Made by a program: the position numbers and the translations under genes. Below the pieces are notes generated by a model. It searched no databases and was not told the DNA's origin. It saw only the letters and a list, made by a program, of their open reading frames with translations. A DNA stretch of 64,000 bases from an uncultured Acidobacteriota bacterium (GTDB taxonomy: Bacteria; Acidobacteriota; Terriglobia; Terriglobales; Acidobacteriaceae), in contig CAWAZR010000011.1 in assembly GCA_963786565.1 (NCBI GenBank), positions 271,592-335,591 of the forward strand, written 5' to 3'. Position 1 is the first letter of the stretch. Every line of letters begins with the position of its first letter. Below are positions 1-9,731 of this stretch, in pieces.

Positions 1-781
1 TCCCACGCATCCCGATCTCGTGGCCTGGCCGGAATCGCCCGCGCCGTTCGATGAATCGGACCCCAGATTCAAGAGCGCCCTCGTGAGCATCGCCCACGCC
101 GTCCAGGCGCCGCTGGTGGTGGGCAGCGTTGGCTGGACGTATGACGTTTCTGCGCACGAGTGGAACTACTTCAACTCCGCCCTGGTCGTCGACGCGGACG
201 GCAATCGCGTGGGCCGCTACGACAAAATCCACCTTGTTCCCTTCGGCGAGTACATTCCCTTCCAGAATCTGCTCACCTTCGCCCGCAAGCTCACCGGCCG
301 CGTTGGCTTGTTCACGCGCGGCAGCGAGCGCAATGGGTTTCTGCTGCCTACGCAGAGCGGCGTCAGCCATCGCTACGGCGTCTTTATCTGCTATGAAGCG
401 GTCTTCGCCGACGAGGTGCGCCTGTTCGCGCTCCATGGTGCCGAGGTTTTCGTCAACATCAGTGACGACGGATGGTATGGCGACACCAGCGCTCCCTGGC
501 AGCACTTGAACATGGCACGCATGAGGGCCATCGAGAACCGCCGCTGGCTGCTGCGCGACACCAACTCGGGCGTGACTGCGGCCATCGATCCATATGGGAG
601 GGTCCGCCAGTCGATTCCTCGCCACCAGGCCGACGCGCTGCCTGCGGAATTTGCCTTTCGCAACGACATCACGTTCTACACCGCCCACGGCGACGTCTTT
701 GCGTGGCTATGTGCCATACTTTCAATAGGCGTTGTTGGTTTGTCGTTTGGTCAGCGAAAGTCATTACCGCAGAATCGCTGA
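1..781 (+). CDS. lnt: apolipoprotein N-acyltransferase (Lnt), C-terminal part; the 5' end lies outside the window
   Basis: The ORF is open to the window edge. It carries CN-hydrolase motifs typical of Lnt (RYDKIHLVPFGEYIP lysine motif, VFICYEAVF cysteine motif) and a C-terminal hydrophobic helix WLCAILSIGVVGL. Confidence 0.75.
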   Translation, partial: PTHPDLVAWPESPAPFDESDPRFKSALVSIAHAVQAPLVVGSVGWTYDVSAHEWNYFNSALVVDADGNRVGRYDKIHLVPFGEYIPFQNLLTFARKLTGRVGLFTRGSERNGFLLPTQSGVSHRYGVFICYEAVFADEVRLFALHGAEVFVNISDDGWYGDTSAPWQHLNMARMRAIENRRWLLRDTNSGVTAAIDPYGRVRQSIPRHQADALPAEFAFRNDITFYTAHGDVFAWLCAILSIGVVGLSFGQRKSLPQNR

Positions 782-837
782 CTTGGCGACTGGCTAATTC
801 GCTGACTCGTCAATTCAAAGCCAGGTCCTACGAGCCC

Positions 838-1975
838 ATGTCGCTGAACGATCTCGAATTCGCCTACGCTCCCGTGCGCAATCAAGTGCGCGACCTGCGG
901 GAGTATCTTTGACCCGGCTCGCATCCGCAGGGAACTCGCCGACATAGAAAAGAAGCTCGCCGATCCGGCTCTCTGGTCCGATCCCAACGCCACCAAGCCG
1001 TTGATGCGCGACAAGAAGCGCCTCGAAACGCTGGTGCGCGACGACGACGAGCTCGTCCGCCGCACCGATGACATCGCAGCCTACATCGAGCTGGCGCGCG
1101 AGGGCGAAGATGTCCTCGTTGAACTCGACCGAGAGATCAAAGCCCTGGAAGGGTTCGCCGAGGAACTCGAAGCGCGCACCATGCTTTCCGGCGAAGCCGA
1201 TCCGCTCAACGCCATCGTCACTGTGCATCCCGGCGCGGGCGGCACCGAAAGCCAGGACTGGGCCGAGATGCTGCTGCGCATGTACCTGCGCTGGGCCGAG
1301 CAGCAGGGCTTCAAAACGGAGATGAACGACTATCAGGCCGGCGAAGAGGCGGGCATCAAATCGGCCACCTTCACCATTATTGGCGAGAACGCCTTTGGGC
1401 AGTTGGCCGGCGAGAGCGGTGTGCATCGCCTGGTGCGCATCTCACCGTTCGACCAGGCCAAGCGCCGCCACACGTCGTTCGCTTCGGTTTACGTTTCGCC
1501 GGAGATTGACGAAACCATTCACGTCGATCTGAAAGTGGAAGACCTGCGCATTGACACCTACCGCTCCGGCGGCAAGGGCGGCCAGCATGTGAATACCACC
1601 GACTCCGCCGTACGCATGACACACCTGCCGACCGGCATCGTGGTCCAGTGCCAGAACGAGCGCAGTCAGCATAAGAACCGCGAGAAGGCGATGAAGATGC
1701 TTCGTTCGCGGCTCTATGAGTATGAACTCGAAAAGAAGCGTGCGGTGAGCAAGAAGCTGGAAGACTCCAAGCTCGAGATCAACTTCGGCTCGCAGATCCG
1801 GTCGTACGTCTTGCAGCCTTACCGCATGGCCAAGGATCATCGCACCAAGGTCGAGGTTGGCGACGTGGACAAGGTTCTGGACGGGTATTTGGAACCGTTC
1901 CTGAGGGGCTACCTGCTCGCCAAGCGCCGCGGTACGGCAGTGGCGACGGGCGCAGAGGATGATTTGGAAGTGTGA
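838..1975 (+). CDS. prfB: peptide chain release factor 2, expressed through a programmed +1 frameshift (838..909 joined to 911..1975)
   Basis: The first piece, MSLNDLEFAYAPVRNQVRDLREYL, ends CTT TGA C. The +1 frame continues DPARIRRELADIEKKLADPALW... and contains the RF2-specific SPF motif (RISPFD) and GGQ (GGKGGQHVN). There is no stop between 911 and 1975. Confidence 0.92.
899..913 (+). promoter_or_regulatory. prfB +1 ribosomal frameshift (recoding) site
   Basis: GGGAG (899..903), 3 nt spacer, CTT TGA C (907..913). This is the same architecture as the E. coli prfB autoregulatory site (internal SD-like element, slippery CUU, in-frame UGA followed by C). Confidence 0.9.
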
Positions 1976-2433
1976 TGACTGAATCGAGCAATCAACACGA
2001 TCTCATAGACGAAATGCTGCTCAACGCGCGCAACATTGCTGTCGTCGGCATGAGCGACAAACCGCACCGCGCCAGCTACAACATCGGCCGCTATCTTGCC
2101 AATAGTGGCTATCGCATTTTTCCCGTGAATCCTGCGTTTCAAGAGGTGCTCGGCAGGCCCAGCTACCCCGACCTCGATGCGGCCCAGGCCGCGGCACGCG
2201 AGCAGACAGGGAAGGGAATCGACCTTGTGGACGTCTTCCGCGCCTCCGAGCACGTTCCCGCAATTGTTGATGACGTGATCCGGATCGGAATCCCGTATCT
2301 CTGGTTGCAGGATGGGGTCATTCACGACGAGGCCGTCGCCCGCGCCCGCGCCGCCGGCGTCAAGTGCGTGCAAAACGACTGCATCTTCCGCGAGCACGCC
2401 GCCCGGCCAGAACTCCACGGGAAGCGGAGCTAG
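1975..2433 (+). CDS. CoA-binding domain protein (YccU/YneT-like)
   Basis: Contains NIAVVGMSDKPHRASYNIGRYLANSGYRIFPVNP, the typical CoA-binding Rossmann-like N-terminus. The ATG overlaps the prfB TGA (TGATG). Confidence 0.7.
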   Translation: MTESSNQHDLIDEMLLNARNIAVVGMSDKPHRASYNIGRYLANSGYRIFPVNPAFQEVLGRPSYPDLDAAQAAAREQTGKGIDLVDVFRASEHVPAIVDDVIRIGIPYLWLQDGVIHDEAVARARAAGVKCVQNDCIFREHAARPELHGKRS

Positions 2434-2485
2434 TGGCCTGAGCGGCGCCGGCGGAACTGCTGCATCGTCTAAGTAGACACTCCCG

Positions 2486-2947
2486 TTACTTCATCGATTT
2501 CGGAGTGTGTTCCTTGGGAACGCAGCTGATGTACGTTTCTTTCATCGTCGATATGTCGGTGTACGCTTTCACGTAGGTGTCCCACTCTGCATCATGGACA
2601 GGAGGCTTGCTGCCCTCCTCGATGAAGTGGTATTGCAGCACCAGATGATTGGAAAAGTGGGCCGCACCAGTCTGCTCATCCCTCTCCAGGACGCGCGCGG
2701 CGAAGATCTGGTCCTTGTAGCCGTGCTTCCTGAACCACGCCTTATGCATCTCCAGGGCCTTCTCATATGTTTCGAAGTTGCTGTCGGGTTTGATCTCGGT
2801 GAGCCGGACTACGGCGTAGGTACCGCTGCAAGCGGGCAAAGGGCCCTTGAGTGAATACGCTGGTTCCATCTGGGCCTGGCCCTTGCTCGAGAGGATGAGC
2901 GCTGCGCCAAGCAAAACCAACATAGTGAAAAAACGGGAGACTTTCAT
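2486..2947 (-). CDS. hypothetical secreted protein
   Basis: Start placed at the internal ATG 2947, preceded by GGAGGT. Signal-peptide-like N-terminus MKVSRFFTMLVLLGAALILSSKGQAQ. No family recognised. Confidence 0.55.
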   Translation of the reverse strand: MKVSRFFTMLVLLGAALILSSKGQAQMEPAYSLKGPLPACSGTYAVVRLTEIKPDSNFETYEKALEMHKAWFRKHGYKDQIFAARVLERDEQTGAAHFSNHLVLQYHFIEEGSKPPVHDAEWDTYVKAYTDISTMKETYISCVPKEHTPKSMK

Positions 2948-3241
2948 GAGTCGTACCTCCATGGGATTTGTTGAGGGCGGGGGACCAGTTGGCAATCAAA
3001 TTAGCACACGGATGCAGAAATTACATTGAAAAAAGAGCGCTATCCGCTTTTTTTTCAAGAACGAATGGCTCCGGCCCAGTCCCCAATGGGCGGCGGCTCA
3101 CGCCCCGGCCGCCGGCATCACTCTCGCCGTGTCGCGTTTCTTAGGCTTTTGGGCAGTGCAAAGCCATTTTCTCTGGCTTCCGCTGCATCGCCGGTCCTTT
3201 ACACTGAGTCCAACTGCTTGGAGTGTCTTTTCTTGCCTGCC

Positions 3242-5371
3242 ATGCGCCGTTTCCAGTTGATCTTCGCGTTGATCGCCGCATTCGCGGCTGCGCCTCTCGC
3301 ATGCGCCGCATCGAATTCGGCCGACGTTGCGCACCTGCATGTGCAGTTGGTTTTTCCCAACCAGAACCTGAATACCGGGGCGCCGGTGAATGCTGGTTTG
3401 TACTTCAAGCTCGAATCTGGCTGGCATGTGTACTGGAAGAACGCAGGCGACTCCGGCGAGCCGCCGCGCATTCAGTGGACTCTGCCGACCGGTATCACGG
3501 CGAGCGCCATGCAATTCCCTGCGCCCGCGCGCCTGCCGCTGGGCCCGCTGATGGATTTCGGCTACGAAAACGAGGTTCTCTTCCCGTTCACTGTGCAGGC
3601 AGCAGCGACCACTAAGACAGATTCTGCCATCCTGCACGCGAAGGTAGACTGGCTGGTTTGCCGCGAGGTTTGTATTCCCGGCAAAGCTGAGCTAGACCAG
3701 AACGTCAATGTGGTTTCCGGAACGCCGGTCGTCAATTTCATCTCCCCCGGCGACCAGCAGCTATGGGCGCGCCTCGCCAACCAACTCCCGCAAGCTCTGC
3801 CTTCGTCCGACACCGCCATTTTCCAGTCCACGCTCACCGGATTCCGTCTCGCCGTCACCACCGGCCAACGCGAGACCCATGCGGAGTTTTTTCCCGAAGA
3901 CGAGGACATCCTCGACAATCCCGCGCCGCAAACCGTCACGCCAACGGTAGCGGGCTTCGTTCTCGATCTCAAGAAAGACGCGAATCTCGCCACGAATCCC
4001 GCGCAGTTGAAGGGCGTGCTCGAGTTGGCCGGTGGCAGGAACTACGAGATCGTTGCGATGCCCGGAACCGTTGCCGCTCCACCGGCCCCGCCCGCGTTCT
4101 CGTTCGGCGCGCTCGCCAGTACTGCGTTCTTCGCATTCCTCGGCGGGTTACTGCTCAACCTCATGCCCTGCGTCTTTCCCGTGCTGTTCTTGAAAGGCCT
4201 GGCGCTCGTGAATTCCGGAACAGAAGAGCGGCACAAGCTCCGCTCTCACGGCCTGGTTTACACCGCGGGTATTCTCGTCTCTTTTTGGGCGCTGGTTGGC
4301 GCTCTGCTCGGGCTGCGCGCCGCGGGCGCCACGCTGGGCTGGGGATTCCAATTCCAGTCGCCCGTTTTTCTCGCGCTCATGGCCGCGCTCCTCTTCTTCC
4401 TCGGGCTTTCGCTCGCCGGGCAATTCGATATCGGCCTCACGCTCACCAGCGCTGGAGGTTCTCTCGCCGCGAAACAGGGCTACGCGGGCAGCTTTTTCAC
4501 GGGAGTCCTCGCCGTCATTGTCGCCACGCCATGCACGGCGCCTTTTATGGGAGCAGCCATCGGCTATGCGCTCGCCCAACCTGCCGCCGCAACCTTTACG
4601 ATCTTCACCGCGCTTGCTCTCGGCCTGGCCGCGCCCTACGTTGCGCTCACGCTCCAGCCCGCGTGGACCCGCGTGCTGCCCAAACCCGGCGCATGGATGG
4701 ACATTCTCAAGCAGGCGGTTTCGGTTCCCATCTTCGGCACCGTCATCTGGCTCACGTGGGTCGTCGCCGATGCCTATGGCGCGAATCTCCTGCTCGCGCT
4801 GCTTTTTATTTTTCTGCTGCTCGCCGTCGCCGGATGGTTCCTGGGCCGCTGGCCTGCGCAGCGCTGGGCCACTCTCGTTGCAGTGCTGATTCTGCTTACG
4901 ACACTTGTTGCCTGCATCACCGCGCCCAGTGAACTCGCCACTGCGCCCGATCAACTCTCGTCCAAGAGGTCAGAGGCACGGAGTGCCTGGCAGCCCTGGT
5001 CGGCCGATGCCGTCCAGCACGCACTCGCCGCCGGGCAACCCGTTTTTGTGGACTTCACCGCCAGTTGGTGCCTGAGTTGCCAGGTCAACGAGCGCGTCGC
5101 CCTCAGCCAACCTGAAGTGATGCAGGCCTTTGGGGAAAGAAACGTGGCTTTGTTCAAAGCCGACTGGACCCGCGAAGATCCAGCGATTACCCAGGAACTT
5201 ACAGTGCTGGGCCGCAGCGGCGTGCCAGTCTACGCACTCTATGCCCCAGGGGAAAACAACCCACGGTTGCTGCCGCAGGTGCTTACGCCCGGCATCGTTC
5301 TGGATGCCATCAATAAACTCCCCACTGCGGTTGCAACCCCCGCCAGCGCTTCTCCGTCCAAACAGCAGTAA
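3242..5371 (+). CDS. DsbD/ScsB-like thiol:disulfide interchange protein (periplasmic N-domain, CcdA-type membrane core, C-terminal thioredoxin domain)
   Basis: Start chosen at MRRFQLIFALIAAFAAAPLACA (signal peptide). The membrane core has LMPCVFPVL and ATPCTAPFM cysteine motifs. The C-terminal thioredoxin fold has FTASWCLSCQ. The 5' extension in the ORF track (from 3026) is Arg-rich and unlikely to be coding. Confidence 0.8.
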   Translation: MRRFQLIFALIAAFAAAPLACAASNSADVAHLHVQLVFPNQNLNTGAPVNAGLYFKLESGWHVYWKNAGDSGEPPRIQWTLPTGITASAMQFPAPARLPLGPLMDFGYENEVLFPFTVQAAATTKTDSAILHAKVDWLVCREVCIPGKAELDQNVNVVSGTPVVNFISPGDQQLWARLANQLPQALPSSDTAIFQSTLTGFRLAVTTGQRETHAEFFPEDEDILDNPAPQTVTPTVAGFVLDLKKDANLATNPAQLKGVLELAGGRNYEIVAMPGTVAAPPAPPAFSFGALASTAFFAFLGGLLLNLMPCVFPVLFLKGLALVNSGTEERHKLRSHGLVYTAGILVSFWALVGALLGLRAAGATLGWGFQFQSPVFLALMAALLFFLGLSLAGQFDIGLTLTSAGGSLAAKQGYAGSFFTGVLAVIVATPCTAPFMGAAIGYALAQPAAATFTIFTALALGLAAPYVALTLQPAWTRVLPKPGAWMDILKQAVSVPIFGTVIWLTWVVADAYGANLLLALLFIFLLLAVAGWFLGRWPAQRWATLVAVLILLTTLVACITAPSELATAPDQLSSKRSEARSAWQPWSADAVQHALAAGQPVFVDFTASWCLSCQVNERVALSQPEVMQAFGERNVALFKADWTREDPAITQELTVLGRSGVPVYALYAPGENNPRLLPQVLTPGIVLDAINKLPTAVATPASASPSKQQ

Positions 5372-5469
5372 ACTGGGTGCGTGATCGGCGGCAATATCAG
5401 CGCCGGTCCGATCACCAATTCCCCATCTAGTGCAAGTCGGAACTCCCCACAGTCAGGAGGTCGACTCTC

Positions 5470-6084
5470 ATGAAATCTCTCTCTTTTCTCGCGGGCATGA
5501 TTCTTGCGGCCGCGCTCGTGCCCGTTTCGGTTGGCGCCCAGGCTGTCGTAGGTTCGCTCGCGCCCAACTTCACTTCAACTGACTCGCATGGCCAAACTCA
5601 CTCGCTCCAGGAATACCGCGGTAAGTATGTTGTCCTCGAATGGCACAACCAGGGATGCCCCTACACCAGGAAGCACTACGTCAGCGGCAACATGCAGTCG
5701 CTGCAAAAAGAGTGGACCACGAAAGGCGTGGTCTGGTTCACGGTCATCTCTTCGGCGCCGGGCGAGCAAGGCTACGTGACCGATGCCGAGGAGAACGCGT
5801 ATCTGGAGCAAATGCACGCCGCACCCACCGCCGTTCTCATGGATCCCGAAGGCAAGCTGGGCCGTCTTTTCAGCGCCAAGACCACGCCGGAGATGTATGT
5901 CATCGATCCCCAGGGCAAGCTGATTTACGAGGGTGCGATCGACGACCGGGCCACGCCCGACACAAGCGACATCAAGGGCGCCGACAACTACCTGAGCGAC
6001 GCGCTGATGGAGTCCATGGCGGGCAAGCCGGTGGCGCACGCCTACACGCGGTCGTACGGCTGCTCCGTGAAATACGCGAACTAA
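5470..6084 (+). CDS. secreted thioredoxin-fold redoxin (AhpC/TSA-like)
   Basis: Signal peptide MKSLSFLAGMILAAALVPVSVGAQA, redoxin-like core with WHNQGCPYTRKHY, and a CAGGAGG SD upstream. Confidence 0.65.
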   Translation: MKSLSFLAGMILAAALVPVSVGAQAVVGSLAPNFTSTDSHGQTHSLQEYRGKYVVLEWHNQGCPYTRKHYVSGNMQSLQKEWTTKGVVWFTVISSAPGEQGYVTDAEENAYLEQMHAAPTAVLMDPEGKLGRLFSAKTTPEMYVIDPQGKLIYEGAIDDRATPDTSDIKGADNYLSDALMESMAGKPVAHAYTRSYGCSVKYAN

Positions 6085-6133
6085 GGCCAGTGGATCGTCA
6101 CGGTTTGCCGGCTGGCAAATCGAAATTTGCACT

Positions 6134-6161
6134 TGACAAACCATAACCATTCGGTTATGAA
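6134..6161 (+). promoter_or_regulatory. candidate promoter with overlapping palindromic operator for the ArsR-family gene
   Basis: Perfect TTGACA (6134..6139), 16 nt spacer, TATGAA (6156..6161). The perfect inverted repeat CATAACC-ATTC-GGTTATG (6142..6159) lies between and over the -10. The ATG at 6168 is about 7 nt after the -10 and has no SD, so the transcript may be leaderless. Confidence 0.45.
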
Positions 6162-6167
6162 TTATTC

Positions 6168-6491
6168 ATGCAGGCCGTTGAGTCCAACATCTTCAAAGCG
6201 CTAGCTGACCCCACCCGCAGGGCGATCTTTGAGCGGCTTACCCGCAAAGGCGAGCAGACCGTACACGCGTTAACGGGGTCGTTCCACGTGTCGCAGCCGG
6301 CAATCTCGAAGCACCTGACGGTGCTGAAAAGGGCAAAGCTGGTTCGGCATCGGCGCGAAGGACGCGAGACGCACTACACTGCGCAGCCGAAGGCCTTGGC
6401 GCCGTTGGCCAACTGGATGAGCCACTACGGCGCCTTCTGGAATGAACGATTCGATCGACTCGAAAATCTGCTGGAAAGGATGGACAAATGA
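6168..6491 (+). CDS. ArsR/SmtB-family transcriptional regulator
   Basis: Winged-HTH signature: FKALADPTRRAIFERLTRKGEQTVHALTGSFHVSQPAISKHLTVLKRAKLV. Confidence 0.85.
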   Translation: MQAVESNIFKALADPTRRAIFERLTRKGEQTVHALTGSFHVSQPAISKHLTVLKRAKLVRHRREGRETHYTAQPKALAPLANWMSHYGAFWNERFDRLENLLERMDK

Positions 6492-6913
6492 CCGAGACCG
6501 TTGCATCAACCCGCACTCTGACGATTGAGCGCGAACTGCCACATCCGCCAGAGAAGGTGTGGCGAGCCCTTACTGAAAGCTCGTTGATCCAGGAGTGGCT
6601 GATGGGGAACGATTTCCAGCCGGAAGTCGGCCACCGGTTCAAATTCCGCTCCACTCCCGTGCCCAACTGGGACGGGGTGATCGACAGCCAAGTCCTGATT
6701 GTCGAGCCGGTTTCGCGGCTCTCTTATAGCTGGGGCACGATGGGGATGGAGAGCGTGGTCACCTGGACATTGACGCCGACCGCGAGCGGCACGCATGTTC
6801 GCATGGAGCATTCCGGCTTCCCGTCGGAAGAAAGCGCCAGCTACAAAGGCGCAAAGTACGGATGGACGAATTTCATTGGCAAACTCGAAAACGTCGTTGG
6901 AGGTTTGGACTGA
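6488..6913 (+). CDS. SRPBCC / AHSA1-like domain protein
   Basis: Size and sequence (PPEKVWRALTE...WLM..DF.PEVGHRFKF) fit Aha1-like SRPBCC proteins, which commonly follow ArsR genes. There is a 4-nt overlap with the upstream gene. Confidence 0.7.
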   Translation: MTETVASTRTLTIERELPHPPEKVWRALTESSLIQEWLMGNDFQPEVGHRFKFRSTPVPNWDGVIDSQVLIVEPVSRLSYSWGTMGMESVVTWTLTPTASGTHVRMEHSGFPSEESASYKGAKYGWTNFIGKLENVVGGLD

Positions 6914-6915
6914 CC

Positions 6916-7353
6916 ATGAAAACCAAACGCATTGCTTACTGGGTCACGACCATACTCGTAGCTTTTTTCATGACCGGCGGCATCGCGCAGATCTTGCAAT
7001 TCCGCGCCAACCCTCATGGCATCGTGCCCGAACTCGGCTACCCCATGTACTTCTTCCTCATCCTCGGAATCTGGAAGGTGTTGGGTGCCATCGCCATCCT
7101 CGTGCCGCGTTTTCCGCGGCTCAAGGAATGGGCGTATGCCGGCATCTTCTTTGACCTCACAGGCGCAGCCGCATCGTGCGCCGCGGTCGGAGGATACGGC
7201 GCATACGCCTTTCACGTCATTGCGCCTCTCATCATTGCGGGTCTCACTGTGGCATCGTGGGCGCTGCGACCCCAAAGCCGCATCATCGGCGTCCTTTTTC
7301 CAGCGACAAATGAGCATGCCGGCATGAACGCGAGAGCGGCTACGGTTAGCTAA
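6916..7353 (+). CDS. DoxX-like membrane protein
   Basis: Start at ATG 6916, just after the SRPBCC stop. Four predicted hydrophobic helices and a DoxX-like pattern (LGIWKVLGAIAILVPRFPRLKEWAYAG). Confidence 0.65.
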   Translation: MKTKRIAYWVTTILVAFFMTGGIAQILQFRANPHGIVPELGYPMYFFLILGIWKVLGAIAILVPRFPRLKEWAYAGIFFDLTGAAASCAAVGGYGAYAFHVIAPLIIAGLTVASWALRPQSRIIGVLFPATNEHAGMNARAATVS

Positions 7354-7397
7354 AGCGGCGGCAAAGTTCAATTGAGCAGGGACGCGAAGCAGGGCGA

Positions 7398-8747
7398 TCA
7401 GTCTTTGCCGTGCTTCGTGGCCTTGACCCTGCGAATCTCTTCCAGCCGCGCGGCCAACTGTCTCTCACGGCCCTCTTGCGTGGGCTGGTAGTAGCGGCGT
7501 CCTTTGAGCGAGTCGGGCAGGCAATCCATGTCGGCCACTTTGCCCTCTTCGTCGTGCGCGTAGCGATAGCCTTCGCTGTAGCCCAGGTCCTTCATCAGGC
7601 GCGTCGGCGCATTGCGCAAATGCAGCGGCACTGGCTCCTGGCGCGTATTCTCAATCTCCGCCTGCACCGCGCCCCAGGCCGTATACACCGCGTTCGATTT
7701 GGGCGCGAGCGCGAGATACACCACGGCTTCGGCCAGCGCCAGTTCGCCCTCCGGTGAGCCGAGGAAATCGTAAGTATCCCTCGCAGAGAGGCACAGGTTC
7801 AGCGCTTCGGGTGCGGCGAGGCCGATGTCCTCAACTGCCATGCGCACGATGCGCCGTGCCAGATACAGTGGATCCTCGCCGCCCGCCAACATGCGTCCCA
7901 ACCAGTACAACGCGGCATCGGGGTCGGAGTTGCGCACGCTCTTATGCAGCGCCGAGATCAGGTTGAAGTGCTCCTCGCCCGATTTGTCGTACATCAGCAC
8001 GCGCTTCTGCACCGCTTCCGCGGCGATCACTTTGGCGATCGTTTTATCGTCTTGCACCAGCTGCGCGGCGACCTCAAGCGCGTTATAGGCGCTGCGGCAG
8101 TCGCCGCTCGAATAGCTCGCGATCAACTCCAGCGCATCGTTGTCGGCAGTCAGTTCGAGTGCGCCAAGTCCGCGTTCCTTGTCGGCGAGCGCGCGCTTGA
8201 GCAGCGTCACGATCTGCTCCTCTTTGAGCGGTTGCAGCACATACACGCGGCAGCGCGAGAGCAGCGCCGAGATAATTTCAAAGGACGGATTCTCGGTGGT
8301 CGCGCCGATCAGCCGAATCGTGCCCCGCTCCACGTAAGGAAGAAACGCATCCTGTTGAGCTTTGTTGAAGCGGTGAATTTCATCAATAAACAGGATCGTC
8401 CGTGAGTGCATTTCGGCGGCGCGCGCAGCGTCTACCATCACCTGCTTGATCTCTTTAATGCCGCTGGTGACTGCCGAAAACTCGATGAAGCTGGCCTCGG
8501 TGGTTTCGGCAACGATCTTGGCCAGCGTGGTTTTTCCCACGCCCGGCGGACCCCAGAAGATCATGGAACTGGCATCGTCGCGCTCGAACTGCACGCGCAG
8601 CGGCTTGCCTGGACCGACCAAATGCTCCTGGCCCACTAACTCGTCCAGGCTGCGCGGTCGCATCCGTTCCGCCAACGGCACCATTGCATGGAGCAGACTT
8701 TTGGAGGAGGACCGTGGAACGTGCGGCGCATTGTCGAACAGATTCAT
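7398..8747 (-). CDS. rarA: replication-associated recombination protein A (AAA+ ATPase)
   Basis: Walker A GPPGVGKTT, Walker B/sensor FIDEIHRFNKAQQD, and the MgsA C-terminal domain (HFNLISALHKSVRNSDPDAALYWL). Confidence 0.9.
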   Translation of the reverse strand: MNLFDNAPHVPRSSSKSLLHAMVPLAERMRPRSLDELVGQEHLVGPGKPLRVQFERDDASSMIFWGPPGVGKTTLAKIVAETTEASFIEFSAVTSGIKEIKQVMVDAARAAEMHSRTILFIDEIHRFNKAQQDAFLPYVERGTIRLIGATTENPSFEIISALLSRCRVYVLQPLKEEQIVTLLKRALADKERGLGALELTADNDALELIASYSSGDCRSAYNALEVAAQLVQDDKTIAKVIAAEAVQKRVLMYDKSGEEHFNLISALHKSVRNSDPDAALYWLGRMLAGGEDPLYLARRIVRMAVEDIGLAAPEALNLCLSARDTYDFLGSPEGELALAEAVVYLALAPKSNAVYTAWGAVQAEIENTRQEPVPLHLRNAPTRLMKDLGYSEGYRYAHDEEGKVADMDCLPDSLKGRRYYQPTQEGRERQLAARLEEIRRVKATKHGKD

Positions 8748-9577
8748 CGCCGCGCCTCTCGATAGCCCGCCGGTCCACCACTTACATTCGACCGCTGCCG
8801 CGCCGCCTCATACAGCAGCACGCTGGCTGCGACAGCGGCGTTCAGGCTCTCAACTGGTCCGGGGCAAGGAATCGTGATTCTGGCGTCGGCCTTTGCCGCC
8901 AGATCGTCGGCCACGCCGTTGCCCTCGTTGCCGATGATGAGAGCCACCGGCCCGGCCATGTCCATCATTTCGGCTGGCTGCGCGGCGTGCACCGTTGTGG
9001 CCAGAATCTTCACCCCAGCCTTATGCAACTCTTCAAGGCACTCCCGCTCGCTCACCGCAAGCAGCGGCACACGGAAGACACTCCCGGCCGAGGCGCGCAC
9101 CGCCTTCGGGTTCCACGCACTCACGGTTCCTGGCAGGCTCACCACGCCGGTGGCGCCAAAGGCCTCTGCCGAGCGCAGGATGGTGCCGAGATTTCCCGGA
9201 TCCTGAATACCGGCGAGCACAACGATAAGCGTTTTCTCCTGATCTTGGTCGAGAACGTGCGCCCAGGTCCAATTCGGTGGGTCGACCAGCGCGGCAATCG
9301 CTTGCGGCGTCTCGGTGGCCAGCGCGGAATCGAGCAACTTCGCGGGCACCCGCAGAATCTCGGTTTCCTGCGGCACGTGTAGCCCAACCAGCAACCGCTC
9401 AGCTCCCTGCGCCACAAAAATTGTATTCACGCGCAGACCCGCGCGCAGCGCCTCTTCCAGCAGATGCGGCCCTTCGATACCTATGCAGCACTTCGCACTG
9501 CGGCCTGCCGCAGCCAACGCCTTGCGCAGCTCTTTCAGGCGCGCATTGTCCTTGCTTTCCACCACGCGAACTGGCAT
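8744..9577 (-). CDS. TrmH/SpoU-family RNA 2'-O-methyltransferase
   Basis: SpoU motifs LAGIQDPGNLGTILRSAEAFG, ALIIGNEGNGV and IPCPGPVESLNAAVA. There is a 4-nt overlap with rarA. Confidence 0.8.
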   Translation of the reverse strand: MPVRVVESKDNARLKELRKALAAAGRSAKCCIGIEGPHLLEEALRAGLRVNTIFVAQGAERLLVGLHVPQETEILRVPAKLLDSALATETPQAIAALVDPPNWTWAHVLDQDQEKTLIVVLAGIQDPGNLGTILRSAEAFGATGVVSLPGTVSAWNPKAVRASAGSVFRVPLLAVSERECLEELHKAGVKILATTVHAAQPAEMMDMAGPVALIIGNEGNGVADDLAAKADARITIPCPGPVESLNAAVAASVLLYEAARQRSNVSGGPAGYREARR

Positions 9578-9731
9578 CGAACGGGCACCTCTGAGTGCTG
9601 TGCCGATTTTAAGCTGTTTTTGCGGCCACAGGTGCCCGGTTTGGTCCCGTAAACTTGCACCACGGCTAGTGCTGTGATAGTTTCCGATTCTGTAGCGTCT
9701 TCTTTCTATTCGGGAACTGAGGTAAGCAAGA

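Noticed and set aside
3028-3056. A6-GAGCG-loop-CGC-T8 hairpin that looks like a bidirectional terminator
   Set aside because: It sits between divergently transcribed genes, where a terminator makes little sense. The stem is almost entirely A-T. Left unassigned.
3763-4932. 389-aa alternative-frame ORF (and the 268-aa antisense ORF) inside the DsbD-like gene
   Set aside because: The products are extremely Arg-rich, whereas the annotated frame gives a coherent polytopic membrane protein with conserved Cys motifs.
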